Positions 31,591-42,185 of a DNA stretch of 64,000 nt are shown here, in pieces. Origin of the DNA: an uncultured Elusimicrobia bacterium (GTDB lineage: Bacteria; Elusimicrobiota; Endomicrobiia; DTEH01). The number at the start of each line of letters is the position of its first letter. Positions within the stretch are counted from its first letter, which is position 1. The notes beneath the pieces were generated by a model. The model was not told the DNA's origin. It worked only from the letters and a program-made list of their open reading frames with translations, and searched no databases. The translations under genes were made by a program, and so were the position numbers. Location of the stretch: assembly GCA_964561135.1 (NCBI GenBank), contig CAZLOB010000022.1:5718-69717 (forward strand), written 5' to 3'.

Positions 31591-31907
31591 ATGTATCTCT
31601 CTATAAGTTCAATATACTCTTTTTTATTCCTTACTCCTGTAACTTGTTCAACTGGTTTACCATCTTTAAAAATTATTACAGTGGGAATAGCCATAATACC
31701 ATATTTTGCTGCGATTTGTGGGTTTTCATCTACATTTAATTTATAAATTTTTATTTTTTGTTCGTCGTATTCCTTTGCAAGTTCTTCAATAATAGGTGTT
31801 AACATACGGCATGGACCACACCACTGTGCCCAAAAATCTACTAATACAGGAGTTTTTGAGTTTAACACTTTCTCAACAAAATCTTTATCATTTATTTCTT
31901 CCACCAT
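31587..31907 (-). CDS. trxA: thioredoxin
   Basis: 106 aa, WCGPC active site. Confidence 0.92.
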   Translation of the reverse strand: MVEEINDKDFVEKVLNSKTPVLVDFWAQWCGPCRMLTPIIEELAKEYDEQKIKIYKLNVDENPQIAAKYGIMAIPTVIIFKDGKPVEQVTGVRNKKEYIELIERYI

Positions 31908-31946
31908 AGTGCTTTTAAACCTCCTTATTGTAATTTTATTATAATT

Positions 31947-31965
31947 TTGTTAATTTTGATATAAT
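31947..31965 (+). promoter_or_regulatory. candidate sigma70-type promoter with extended -10 (TGaTATAAT) for comFC
   Basis: TGATATAAT at 31957-31965 in the divergent trxA/comFC intergenic region. -35 is weak. Confidence 0.3.
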
Positions 31966-32006
31966 ATATCTAAATCAAAAAATATTTTCAATAAAAAACA
32001 AAAATA

Positions 32007-32741
32007 ATGAACTTTATAAAAAAATTTTTTGAATTATTCATTTACAGTTTTTTTCCAAAAATATGTTTTTATTGCAATAAACCAATTGATTATTTTTCTA
32101 ACTTGCCTTTATGCAACAATTGTGTCAACAAAATAAAAATTATCGATGGACTCGTATGTGACAAGTGTGGTCTTCCATTATACAGTGGGGGAAAATTTTG
32201 TTATAACTGTAGAAAACAAGAAAGAAAATTTTATTTTGATTTTGTCCGTGGTGTGGTTGAGTACAGAGAACCAATAAAAACATTAATTCATGAATTTAAA
32301 TATAACAAAAAAACATTCCTTGTTTCTTTCTTAAGCAATATTTTCACAAAAGGATATGAAAAAGAATTTAAGAATATAAAAATTGATATTGTATGTTGTG
32401 TCCCAATGCATAGAATAAAAAAGTTTTTACGCGGGTTTAACCAAGCAGAACTTCTTGCTAAAGTTTTAGCAAAAAAATTTTATCTAAACTTCATTCCAGA
32501 TCTCTTAATAAGAAAAAAATATACTGTTTCACAATTCAAACTTTCACAACAAAAACGTATTGAAAATGTCAAAGATGCGTTTGAAATAAATCATAAATTT
32601 GAAAACATAATAAAAGAAAAAAATGTTTTAATAATTGATGATGTTTGTACCACTGCTGAAACAATTAATCAATGTGCAAAAATGTTAAAAAAACATAAAG
32701 CAAAAAATGTTTATGGTTTTGTTTTAGCAAGAGATATATAA
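32007..32741 (+). CDS. comFC: ComF family phosphoribosyltransferase-domain protein with N-terminal double zinc ribbon
   Basis: CxxC x4 pairs in the N-terminus. C-terminal PRTase motif VLIIDDVCTTAET. Confidence 0.75.
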   Translation: MNFIKKFFELFIYSFFPKICFYCNKPIDYFSNLPLCNNCVNKIKIIDGLVCDKCGLPLYSGGKFCYNCRKQERKFYFDFVRGVVEYREPIKTLIHEFKYNKKTFLVSFLSNIFTKGYEKEFKNIKIDIVCCVPMHRIKKFLRGFNQAELLAKVLAKKFYLNFIPDLLIRKKYTVSQFKLSQQKRIENVKDAFEINHKFENIIKEKNVLIIDDVCTTAETINQCAKMLKKHKAKNVYGFVLARDI

Positions 32742-32789
32742 CTATGTATTGTTATATCTAACGAAATTTTGTAAAATAATAATAACAAT

Positions 32790-34085
32790 ATGAAACAAAA
32801 AGTGTTTTTTAAAACCTTTGGTTGCCAAATGAATGTTGCTGATTCTGAGTATGTGGCATCTCTGTTAGTTTCTAAAGAAAATTATGAAATAACGCAAAAT
32901 ATAAATGAAGCAGATTTAATAATAGTTAATACTTGCTGTGTGAGAAAACATGCTGAAGATAGAGAAAAGTCGTTTCTTGGACAATTGAAGAAAATAAAAC
33001 TTAAAAACAACTGCAAAATCATTGTTTTAGGCTGTCTTGTACAAAAAGCAAAAAACGAACTTAAAAGACAATTTCCATACATAGACCTATTTATTGGTCC
33101 TACAGAATATGAAAATCTTTGCCAAATTTTAGAAAATGAACTTGATTTTCAAATCACTAATCCACAAATACATATAAACGTGTTCAACAAAACAAGTTGT
33201 TTTGTACCAATAATGAAAGGTTGTAACAATTTTTGTTCATACTGTATTGTACCATATGTAAGAGGTAGGGAAGTCTCTATAGATATAAACAATATTATTA
33301 AAGAGGTCAACTTTTTACTTGACAACGGTGTTAAAGAAATTATACTTATCGGACAGAATGTTAACTCTTATAAATGGGACAACAATGGAAATATTATTAC
33401 ATTTGCAAAACTTTTAGAAAAAGTTGCAACTTTAAATACTGACAAAAAATACTGGGTTCGTTTCTTGACAAATCATCCAAAAGATATGAACTATGAAATT
33501 GTTAAAACAATAAAAACTTATAATAACATTTCACGACATATTCATCTTCCATTACAATCAGGCTCTAACAAGATCTTAGAACTTATGAACAGAAATTACA
33601 CTTTGGAAAAATACAAACAAATTGTAGAAATGATACGTTCTGAAATTCCTGAGATCTCTATAACTACAGACCTTATTGTTGGATTTCCCTACGAAACAGA
33701 AGAAGATTTTAAACAAACACTACAGGCTGTAAAAGATATACAATTTGATGCAGCATTTGTTTTTAAATATTCCCCAAGAGAAGGGACAAAAGCTTATTTA
33801 TTACCTGATAACGTCCCAAAAGAAGTAAAAGAAAAAAGACATGCTGAATTATTGTCTTTATGTGACGGTATCGCTTCTCAAAAAAATAAAAAATATCTTG
33901 AAAAAGAAGTGGAAACATTAATTATTTCGCAAAACTTTAAACATGCAAAAAGTTATTATATCGGCAAAACTTTAGAAAACAAAACTGTTGAAATTATAAC
34001 AAAAAAAACTGGACTAGTAGGCAATTTTGTGAAAACAAAAATAAAAGAAGTAAAACTACATACTTTGATTGGTGAGCTGAGTTAA
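32790..34085 (+). CDS. miaB: tRNA-2-methylthio-N6-dimethylallyladenosine synthase (MiaB-family radical SAM methylthiotransferase)
   Basis: N-terminal UPF0004 Cys motif (FGCQMNVADSE), radical SAM CxxxCxxC (CNNFCSYC), C-terminal TRAM. Located upstream of mutS. Confidence 0.75.
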   Translation: MKQKVFFKTFGCQMNVADSEYVASLLVSKENYEITQNINEADLIIVNTCCVRKHAEDREKSFLGQLKKIKLKNNCKIIVLGCLVQKAKNELKRQFPYIDLFIGPTEYENLCQILENELDFQITNPQIHINVFNKTSCFVPIMKGCNNFCSYCIVPYVRGREVSIDINNIIKEVNFLLDNGVKEIILIGQNVNSYKWDNNGNIITFAKLLEKVATLNTDKKYWVRFLTNHPKDMNYEIVKTIKTYNNISRHIHLPLQSGSNKILELMNRNYTLEKYKQIVEMIRSEIPEISITTDLIVGFPYETEEDFKQTLQAVKDIQFDAAFVFKYSPREGTKAYLLPDNVPKEVKEKRHAELLSLCDGIASQKNKKYLEKEVETLIISQNFKHAKSYYIGKTLENKTVEIITKKTGLVGNFVKTKIKEVKLHTLIGELS

Positions 34086-34086
34086 T

Positions 34087-36789
34087 ATGAAAGAATTACA
34101 AGAAATTAATCTTACACCTTTAATGAAACAATACCACCAAATAAAACAACAATATAAAGATTGTATACTAATGTTTCGTCTAGGCGATTTTTATGAAATG
34201 TTTGGTGAAGATGCGATAAAATCAGCGCCTGTTTTAGGTGTTGTTTTAACAAAGAGGCAAGGGGTACCAATGTGTGGTGTCCCATTCCACAGTGTTAACA
34301 ACTATATCTCAAAACTTCTTAATTGTGGATTCAAAGTTGCTATATGTGAACAAGTCGAAGATCCAAAACTTGCAAAAGGTGTAGTTAAAAGAGAAGTGGT
34401 AAGAGTTATAACTCCAGGAACAATTATTGAAGAAAATCTTCTTGATGCTAAAAAAAATAATTTCTTGACTTCTATAAATTTTGCTTTTGTCAAAAACAAA
34501 CTTTGTTTTGGTATTGCTAATGTTGATATTTCAACAGGTGATTTTTTAGTCACTCAATTTGAAGACCAAAATAGTTCCAAAATTATAGATGAGTTAATCA
34601 GGATCTCACCTTCTGAAATTGTTGCAAAAGAAACACAAAAAGAAGAAATTATCAAAATTGTAAAACAATACAAAGAAGTACATATAGAATTTTTAGAAGA
34701 TTGGTTCTTTGATGTATTAACAGCTGTAGAAAGAATTAAAGAGTATTATAAAATTTATTCTCTTGAAACATTTGGACTTGATATGACGAAACATGCAATT
34801 TTATTATCTTCTGTAGGCGGGTTATTAGAATACTTAAATAGGACACAAAAAAAATTGATACCAAAATTAAAAGGAATAAAATTTTATAACTTAGATGACT
34901 ACTTGTTTATGGACAGCAGCTGTATAAGAAATTTGGAGTTAGTAGAAAATCTTTATGATAGGACACAAAAAAATACTTTACTTGATGTTATCGACAAAAC
35001 ACAGACAGCCCAAGGTGCAAGATTATTACGAAGTTGGTTATTAAAACCATTAAAAGATGTAAAAGAAATTAATAATCGTTTATTAATTGTAGAAATGTTT
35101 TATAACGATGATACAAACAGACAAAAACTCAAAGATATTCTACGAAACATAGCAGATATTGAAAGAATAACAAATAGAATCACATCAAAAAATGCAACAC
35201 CAAAGGATCTTATCACACTAAAAGAATCTTTAGAATTAATACCTGAAATTAAAACATTATTACAACATATAATAAATTCTCAATTTGTTTTAAAACTTGA
35301 CGAACTACACAAAATGATCGATATTCCCGAATTAGAAGAAGTTAAACAACTTATAGAAAATAGTATAGTACCGGACGCGCCTACTGATATAAAAAAAGGA
35401 GGAGTTATCAAAAAAGGGTTTAATAAAGAACTTGATGAAATTAGAGAACTTTATTCTTCATCAAAAGAATGGTTGTTAAACTATCAAGAAGAACAACGAC
35501 GAAAAACACAAATACAGTCATTAAAAGTTGGATATACTTCTGTCTTCGGGTATTATATAGAAGTTACAAAATCTAATTTACATCTAATACCAAAAGAATA
35601 CATTAGGAAACAAACATTGAAAAATGCAGAACGGTTCACAACGCCTGAATTACAAGATTTTGAAAACAAAATCCTTTCAGCTGAAGAAAAAATTTTAAAT
35701 CTAGAAGAATATCTTTTCAATTCTGTAGTTGAACAAGTTGGACAATATGCTGAACAACTATATGAAGTAAGTTATAAGATAGCTTTAATAGATGTGTTTA
35801 GTAACCTTGCTGAAGTTGCAAAAAGAAATAATTATAAAAAACCTATTGTAGATGATTCATATATTATTGAATTAAAATCTTGTCGTCATCCTATAGTAGA
35901 ACAAATATTGCCTTACGGAAAGTTTATACCAAATGATGTATACCTTGACGGAGACAATGTAAAACTTATAATTTTAACAGGTCCTAATATGGCTGGAAAA
36001 TCAACTTATATAAGACAGGTTGCGTTGTGCACAATCTTAGCACAAATGGGAAGTTTTGTGCCAGCTGAATATTCACGTATAGGTGTTGTGGACAAAATTT
36101 TTGCTCGTATAGGTGCAGCTGATTATTTAGCAAAAGGATTGTCAACATTTATGGTTGAAATGCAAGAAACTGCTAATATACTTCATAATGCTACTGATAG
36201 AAGTTTGATAATTTTAGACGAAGTTGGACGTGGGACATCAACTTATGATGGTATCTCTATTGCTTGGGCTGTGATAGAATATCTTGTTAACAAACAAAAT
36301 TGGCCGAATAAAACCCATTGCCCTAAAACTTTGTTTGCTACACATTATTTTGAACTTACAGAACTTGAACAAAGGTATACTGGGATTAAAAATTTTAATG
36401 TTGCTGTTAAAGAATATAAAGACGAAATTGTATTTTTGTACAAAGTTATTGAAGGTTGTTCAGATAAATCTTATGGAATACATGTAGCAAAACTTGCTGG
36501 TATACCACAACAAGTTGTTAACCGGGCAAATATATTATTAAAATATTTACTTAACGCTGCTGCAAACATTGATAAAGCAACCAAATCTAAAAGTGTACAA
36601 CTACAACTAATCCATATTACTGAACAAAAAGAACAAGAAAAAAATTTTTTTAATGAAATATTGGTAAATCTAAAAAAAATTGATATAAACAAAATTACAC
36701 CATTAGATGCGTTTAATTTGTTACTACAATGGAAAAAAATGATAGAACAAAATACACAGGACCGGAACGACGAAAATATAAACGGTTAA
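34087..36789 (+). CDS. mutS: DNA mismatch repair protein MutS
   Basis: 900 aa. Mismatch-binding N-terminus (GDFYEMFGEDA), Walker A GPNMAGKST, HTH dimerisation region. Confidence 0.95.
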   Translation: MKELQEINLTPLMKQYHQIKQQYKDCILMFRLGDFYEMFGEDAIKSAPVLGVVLTKRQGVPMCGVPFHSVNNYISKLLNCGFKVAICEQVEDPKLAKGVVKREVVRVITPGTIIEENLLDAKKNNFLTSINFAFVKNKLCFGIANVDISTGDFLVTQFEDQNSSKIIDELIRISPSEIVAKETQKEEIIKIVKQYKEVHIEFLEDWFFDVLTAVERIKEYYKIYSLETFGLDMTKHAILLSSVGGLLEYLNRTQKKLIPKLKGIKFYNLDDYLFMDSSCIRNLELVENLYDRTQKNTLLDVIDKTQTAQGARLLRSWLLKPLKDVKEINNRLLIVEMFYNDDTNRQKLKDILRNIADIERITNRITSKNATPKDLITLKESLELIPEIKTLLQHIINSQFVLKLDELHKMIDIPELEEVKQLIENSIVPDAPTDIKKGGVIKKGFNKELDEIRELYSSSKEWLLNYQEEQRRKTQIQSLKVGYTSVFGYYIEVTKSNLHLIPKEYIRKQTLKNAERFTTPELQDFENKILSAEEKILNLEEYLFNSVVEQVGQYAEQLYEVSYKIALIDVFSNLAEVAKRNNYKKPIVDDSYIIELKSCRHPIVEQILPYGKFIPNDVYLDGDNVKLIILTGPNMAGKSTYIRQVALCTILAQMGSFVPAEYSRIGVVDKIFARIGAADYLAKGLSTFMVEMQETANILHNATDRSLIILDEVGRGTSTYDGISIAWAVIEYLVNKQNWPNKTHCPKTLFATHYFELTELEQRYTGIKNFNVAVKEYKDEIVFLYKVIEGCSDKSYGIHVAKLAGIPQQVVNRANILLKYLLNAAANIDKATKSKSVQLQLIHITEQKEQEKNFFNEILVNLKKIDINKITPLDAFNLLLQWKKMIEQNTQDRNDENING

Positions 36790-37100
36790 AAATTTTTCAT
36801 CTTTCTATACCCATAGTCCTAAAAACTAATACTGAAGATTTATCATTTCCAGGGATACTTTTAGACATCTCTGCTAATGGGATAGGAATTCTTACTTTTA
36901 AAGAAATACCTGTTAACACTATTGTCAATTTACAAATTAATTTACATCAGATAAAAACTGATTGTATTAAAGCAAAAGTTGTATGGACAAAACAATTAGA
37001 TAAAACATATAGAGCTGGGTTACAATTTATAGAAATTTCAAAGAAAGATTTTGAACAAATATCAGATTATGTTGAACAACATCTAATGGAAGATTTTTGA
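36729..37100 (+). CDS. standalone PilZ domain protein (predicted c-di-GMP receptor)
   Basis: RRxxxR motif (PERRKYKRL) and DxSxxG motif (LLDISANGIGI). 123 aa. Start overlaps the last 60 nt of mutS in another frame. ATGA overlap with mutL. Confidence 0.7.
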   Translation: MEKNDRTKYTGPERRKYKRLKIFHLSIPIVLKTNTEDLSFPGILLDISANGIGILTFKEIPVNTIVNLQINLHQIKTDCIKAKVVWTKQLDKTYRAGLQFIEISKKDFEQISDYVEQHLMEDF

Positions 37101-38818
37101 CTATGACCAAAATTAAGATCTTACCACCTGAGGTTTATACACGTATCGCAGCAGGTGAAGTTGTTGAACGACCATCTAATGTTGTCAAAGAACTTGTAGA
37201 AAATAGTATTGATGCTAACGCCACTGAAATAACAATAGAAATTGTTTCTTCTGGAAGGAAACTTATTCGTGTAGCAGATAACGGTTGCGGTATGACAAAA
37301 GATGATCTGTTATTATCAGTTAAACCACATGCTACAAGTAAAATAGAAAAATTTGAAGATATATATAGTTTAACAACTTTAGGATTTCGTGGAGAAGCCT
37401 TAGCTTCAATTTCAAATGTTTCTAAACTTACAATTATTTCAAAAACAGAAGAACAACCTCTCGGATACCAAATCGTTGTTCATGGTGGAGAAATTATATC
37501 AGTAAAAGAATGTTCATGTAATAAAGGAACGATTGTTGAAGTTAAAGATTTGTTTTACAACACTCCTGCAAGACTTAAATTTTTAAAATCTGATTATACA
37601 GAAAAAGTACATGTTACACGTACTGTTGAAGAATATGCAATTGCCTATCCTGAAATTTCGTTTAAGTTCTATTCAGATAACGAACTTGTCTTTTCAACAG
37701 AAGCTACCACAAAACTTGTTAGTAGATTAAAAGATATTATAAAAAAAGATATTGTGAAAGACATGTTATACATTGCTCATACTGAAGATAACATTTGTAT
37801 CTACGGATTTATAACACCGATAGAATTTACACAAGTTAACAAATCTTTACAAATGTTTTATGTTAACAAAAGACCCGTTACTTTACGTATTTTATCACAA
37901 GCGTTATATGATGCATACAGGGATAGTTTACCTACTGGTAGACATCCTGGAGCGGTTATTTTTATCAATATCTCGTCAGATTTGATTGATGTTAATGTAC
38001 ATCCAACAAAACGTGTTATAAAGTTTAAAGATGAAGATTATGTATATGAAACACTTAAAAATTTGTTCAAAAAAACATTAAAAGAATATTACACTAAAAC
38101 ATATAAAATTGAAACTGGACAACCAATACAAACTTTAACAATAACACAAAAAGAAAAACAACTAACAGAAACAAAAGTTGAACAAAAACAAACAGAGTTG
38201 GAATTACGGTATGAACAACCTATTTTAAACTATGAAAAACTTGGACTACAAAATTTTGTATATTTGGGTCAACTACATAGAACATATCTGTTGTTTGAAA
38301 CACAAGAAGGTTTGTTATTAATAGACCAACATGCAGCAAGTGAACGTATACTTTTTGAAAAATTTATGAAATCAAAAAATGTCCAAATACAGAAATTGCT
38401 TATTCCATTAAATATAGAACTAAAACCCTCAGATTTTGAATCTATAAAGCCATATATAGACCTACTTAATACTTTAGGGTTTGAAGTAACAATTTCTGGT
38501 AAGAGTTCAATAGGGTTTGCTAGTATTCCATCATTATTCAATATACAAGATGTGAAAGATTTTATTCTAAGATTTATAGAAAATCTTATGGAAGATATAA
38601 AAAATGAAATTAATAATGTTACTCCTAAAGAAAAAATTATCCGTAGTGCATGTCGTGCTGCAATAAAAGCTAATGAACTATTAGCAATATCTGAAGTTAA
38701 TGCTTTAATATCAGATTTGTCTAATTGTGAACAACCTTTTTTTTGTCCTCATGGTAGACCTACTATAATCAAACTTGAGTTAGAAAAAATTGAAAAACTT
38801 TTTTCACGACGTAAATGA
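37097..38818 (+). CDS. mutL: DNA mismatch repair protein MutL (with C-terminal endonuclease motifs)
   Basis: GHKL ATPase N-terminus (NSIDANAT, DNGCGM). C-terminal domain with conserved Cys/His (CPHGRP). Confidence 0.92.
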   Translation: MTMTKIKILPPEVYTRIAAGEVVERPSNVVKELVENSIDANATEITIEIVSSGRKLIRVADNGCGMTKDDLLLSVKPHATSKIEKFEDIYSLTTLGFRGEALASISNVSKLTIISKTEEQPLGYQIVVHGGEIISVKECSCNKGTIVEVKDLFYNTPARLKFLKSDYTEKVHVTRTVEEYAIAYPEISFKFYSDNELVFSTEATTKLVSRLKDIIKKDIVKDMLYIAHTEDNICIYGFITPIEFTQVNKSLQMFYVNKRPVTLRILSQALYDAYRDSLPTGRHPGAVIFINISSDLIDVNVHPTKRVIKFKDEDYVYETLKNLFKKTLKEYYTKTYKIETGQPIQTLTITQKEKQLTETKVEQKQTELELRYEQPILNYEKLGLQNFVYLGQLHRTYLLFETQEGLLLIDQHAASERILFEKFMKSKNVQIQKLLIPLNIELKPSDFESIKPYIDLLNTLGFEVTISGKSSIGFASIPSLFNIQDVKDFILRFIENLMEDIKNEINNVTPKEKIIRSACRAAIKANELLAISEVNALISDLSNCEQPFFCPHGRPTIIKLELEKIEKLFSRRK

Positions 38819-39762
38819 ACAACAAAGTTGTTCTCATTGTTGGACCAACAGCTTCAGGGAAAACAGAAGTTGCTGTTGAACTTTGCCAAAAATTACCCGC
38901 TGAAATAATATCAGCTGATTCTAGACAAGTTTATAAATACTTAACAATAGGTACAAACAAACCTGTTGGTGAATGGATTGGGGAGGAATATTTGTATAAA
39001 AACATACCTTACCATTTAGTTGATTTTCTTGAGCCACACTTGTATTACGATGCAAACAGGTTTTATACTGACGCTTCATCTTTAATCAATAGAATTTGGT
39101 CAAAAAATAAAATCCCCATTGTTGTTGGTGGGACAGGGTTATATATCAAAACAATTACCGAAGGGATCACTATATTACCTAAAAAAAATGAGAAAATAAG
39201 AAATTACTTAACACAGCTTGCAATATTGTATGGAAAAAACTATCTTTATAATATGCTTAAAACTTATGACCCACAACGGGCAAAAGAAATACATCCAAAT
39301 AATACACAAAGAATAATACGTTCATTAGAAATTATTCTTCAAACAGGTAAACCTTTTACACAAATTGTTTCAGAAAATCCTAAAACAAAATCTTATGATA
39401 CAATTATCTTTGGTCTTTATTATGATAAAAAAACTTTGTTTCACAAAGTCACTGAACGTACAAAACAAATGTTTCAAATTGGTATCGTAGAAGAAACAAA
39501 ACAACTTTTAGCAAAAGGTATTAAGGAAACATCTCCTGCGTTTAGTTCTATAGGTTACCATTGGGTAATAAAATATATAAACCACGAAATCTCGTTGGAA
39601 GAAACACAAAAAAATTTTATCAAAGATACTATGGACTACATTAAACGACAATTAGTATGGTTTAAAAAAGATAAAAACATACAATGGATAAACTGTGAAG
39701 ATATGTCAATAAAACACATTGTGGAATATATTTATGAAATAATATCAAAAATTTGTTTCTAA
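38815..39762 (+). CDS. miaA: tRNA dimethylallyltransferase
   Basis: P-loop GPTASGKT, 315 aa, follows mutL as in many bacteria. Confidence 0.9.
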   Translation: MNNKVVLIVGPTASGKTEVAVELCQKLPAEIISADSRQVYKYLTIGTNKPVGEWIGEEYLYKNIPYHLVDFLEPHLYYDANRFYTDASSLINRIWSKNKIPIVVGGTGLYIKTITEGITILPKKNEKIRNYLTQLAILYGKNYLYNMLKTYDPQRAKEIHPNNTQRIIRSLEIILQTGKPFTQIVSENPKTKSYDTIIFGLYYDKKTLFHKVTERTKQMFQIGIVEETKQLLAKGIKETSPAFSSIGYHWVIKYINHEISLEETQKNFIKDTMDYIKRQLVWFKKDKNIQWINCEDMSIKHIVEYIYEIISKICF

Positions 39763-39777
39763 ACAACTTATAATGCT

Positions 39778-41058
39778 ATGGAAAAAGTTGTCACTGTAGG
39801 AACAGTTTTAAAATCTGCTGGGAAAAAAGCTATTGAAGAAGAAAAAAAGTCTTTAGAAGAACTAAAAAATCTAGTTGCTACTGCGAATGGTATTGTGATA
39901 AAATCTTTTTTAGTAAAACGTGATAAAATTGACCCTGCTTATTACATCGGGAGAGGAAAAGCAGAAGAAATTAATGATTTTATTGTCCAAAACAATATTC
40001 GTACAGTTGTTTTTGATAACGAACTTTCTCCTGCACAAATAAAAAATTTAGAAGAAGTAATATCAGCAAAAATTGTAGATAGAACAAGGTTAATACTTGA
40101 CATTTTTGCACAACGAGCACATACAAAAGAAGCACAACTCCAAGTAGAACTTGCTCAACTTCAATATATGCTACCACGTCTCACTCAAAAAGGTATCTAT
40201 ATGGACAACCAAGTAGGTGGGATAGGTACAAGGGGACCCGGAGAAACAAAACTTGAATATGACAGACGTAAAATTATGCAACGTATCGAAAAAATAAAAG
40301 AAGAACTTAAAAAAGTTGTTGTTGCACGAAATGAACAAAAAAAGTTAAGAATGGAAACAAATATACCTTTAATAGCGTTAGTAGGTTACACTAATGTTGG
40401 TAAATCAACATTGTTTAACACTATTCTTAAATCTTCTTCTGCATATACAGATGACAAACTTTTTGCAACTTTAGACCCGTTAATAAGAAAAGTAGTCCTT
40501 CCTACAAAAGAAGAATTTTTGCTTGTAGACACTGTAGGGTTTATAAATAAACTGCCACATCATTTAGTAGAAAGTTTTAAGTCAACTTTAGAAATTGTTA
40601 AAGATGCAACATTATTATTAGAAATTATTGACATAACTGACGAAGATTATCATAAAAAAGAACTATTAGTAAAAAAAATTTTGGAAGAACTAAACGCAGA
40701 TAAAATTCCTATTATAAAAGTTTACAATAAAATCGATCTCTTAGATGAAAGATTACAAAAGGTATATATAAAAAAATTAAACAAAGAAAAGACAAGTGTT
40801 GTTATTTCAGCAAAGACAGGTTTTGGAATCGAAAAATTACTCAAAAAAATACTTTTCTTTATTGGACAAAATTATGTTACAAAAACAATAAATGTTCCTA
40901 ATAAATATTTTGAACTCTTGAATTTTATTAACAAACATTGCAAAGTAATTTCTTATAATATAAACCACAATCTATTAAATATAAAAATTTCAACAACAAA
41001 AGAAATTTATAATAAAATAATAAAAATGCTAAATGAATACACTGTTCACAATACCTAA
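39778..41058 (+). CDS. hflX: GTPase HflX
   Basis: HflX N-terminal domain plus G domain (GYTNVGKST, DTVGF, NKID). Confidence 0.88.
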   Translation: MEKVVTVGTVLKSAGKKAIEEEKKSLEELKNLVATANGIVIKSFLVKRDKIDPAYYIGRGKAEEINDFIVQNNIRTVVFDNELSPAQIKNLEEVISAKIVDRTRLILDIFAQRAHTKEAQLQVELAQLQYMLPRLTQKGIYMDNQVGGIGTRGPGETKLEYDRRKIMQRIEKIKEELKKVVVARNEQKKLRMETNIPLIALVGYTNVGKSTLFNTILKSSSAYTDDKLFATLDPLIRKVVLPTKEEFLLVDTVGFINKLPHHLVESFKSTLEIVKDATLLLEIIDITDEDYHKKELLVKKILEELNADKIPIIKVYNKIDLLDERLQKVYIKKLNKEKTSVVISAKTGFGIEKLLKKILFFIGQNYVTKTINVPNKYFELLNFINKHCKVISYNINHNLLNIKISTTKEIYNKIIKMLNEYTVHNT

Positions 41059-41578
41059 TTTGTTGTCTATATTACGAATGTGTTTTACATTTTTATTTGT
41101 TCACAGTTTGTTGAATGATAAAATTACTAAATCTATTCTATTTTTAAGTATATGTATTCTTACTGACTTTCTTGATGGATTTTTTGCACGTGTCTTTAAA
41201 CAGAAAACAAAAATAGGTGTTTTATTAGACCCGCTTGCTGATAAAGTTTTAGTTATATCAACATTAATAGTTTTAATGGTAAAAAACTATTTACCATGGT
41301 GGTTCTTTAGTATAATAATTATACGAGAAACGTTAGTTATCGCAGGCTGGATCGTTACATACCAACATACACCACAATCTTTTCCAAAACCACGTTTCTT
41401 AGGAAAAGTTTCAATAGCATTGTTAATGATAACTTTAATAATCGTAGTTTTAAATATCCATCTACAATACGAAATTGTTTCTGATATAATAAATGAACTA
41501 TTTTTTTTAACATCAGTTTTTGTCACAGGTTCTTTGGTTGATTATATTGGATACGCTAGAAAAGTTTTCTCAAAATAA
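41033..41578 (+). CDS. pgsA: CDP-alcohol phosphatidyltransferase (PgsA-like)
   Basis: D-G-x2-A-R...G-x3-D-x3-D motif (DFLDGFFARV...GVLLDPLADK). 181 aa, multi-TM. Confidence 0.75.
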   Translation: MNTLFTIPNLLSILRMCFTFLFVHSLLNDKITKSILFLSICILTDFLDGFFARVFKQKTKIGVLLDPLADKVLVISTLIVLMVKNYLPWWFFSIIIIRETLVIAGWIVTYQHTPQSFPKPRFLGKVSIALLMITLIIVVLNIHLQYEIVSDIINELFFLTSVFVTGSLVDYIGYARKVFSK

Positions 41579-41597
41579 AATTTTGTTATAAAAGATA

Positions 41598-42182
41598 ATG
41601 AAAAATTTTATAATATTTTTTTTATCATACATAATTGGTGGTATCCCCACTGCATTTATATTAACTAAAATCTTTAAAGGAGTAGATATACGAACTGTTG
41701 GGTCAAAAAATCCTGGCACAACAAATGTGATACGTACAGCAGGATTTTTGTTAGGAGCAATAACATTTATCATAGATTTTTTGAAAGGAGGAATATCTAT
41801 ATTTATTACAAAAAAATATTTAGGATATGAATTTTTGCCACTAACAATGTTTTTTACCGTGCTTGGGCATACAACATCCCCTTTTCTTTCGTTTAAAGGG
41901 GGAAAAGGTGTTGCAACATTTTTTGGTTCGCTATTTGCAATTTCAACTAATATGTTTATATATAGCTGTATTTGTTTTGCAATTATATTTTTATTAACAC
42001 ATATTGTGTCAATATCTTCTATTGTTTCAGTATTTTTTTTCTTTTGGTATGTGTTGTTAAAAAATCCAGTTGAGTATCAAGACACAAAAATATTTTTTCT
42101 ATTAACAGTCTTATGGATAATCTATAGACACAAGTCAAATATCAAAAGGTTAATATTAAAAGAAGAAAAAAGGTTGTTTTAA
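41598..42182 (+). CDS. plsY: glycerol-3-phosphate acyltransferase PlsY
   Basis: PlsY motifs (GSKNPGTTN, FKGGKGVAT). 194 aa membrane protein. Confidence 0.88.
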   Translation: MKNFIIFFLSYIIGGIPTAFILTKIFKGVDIRTVGSKNPGTTNVIRTAGFLLGAITFIIDFLKGGISIFITKKYLGYEFLPLTMFFTVLGHTTSPFLSFKGGKGVATFFGSLFAISTNMFIYSCICFAIIFLLTHIVSISSIVSVFFFFWYVLLKNPVEYQDTKIFFLLTVLWIIYRHKSNIKRLILKEEKRLF

Positions 42183-42185
42183 AAT

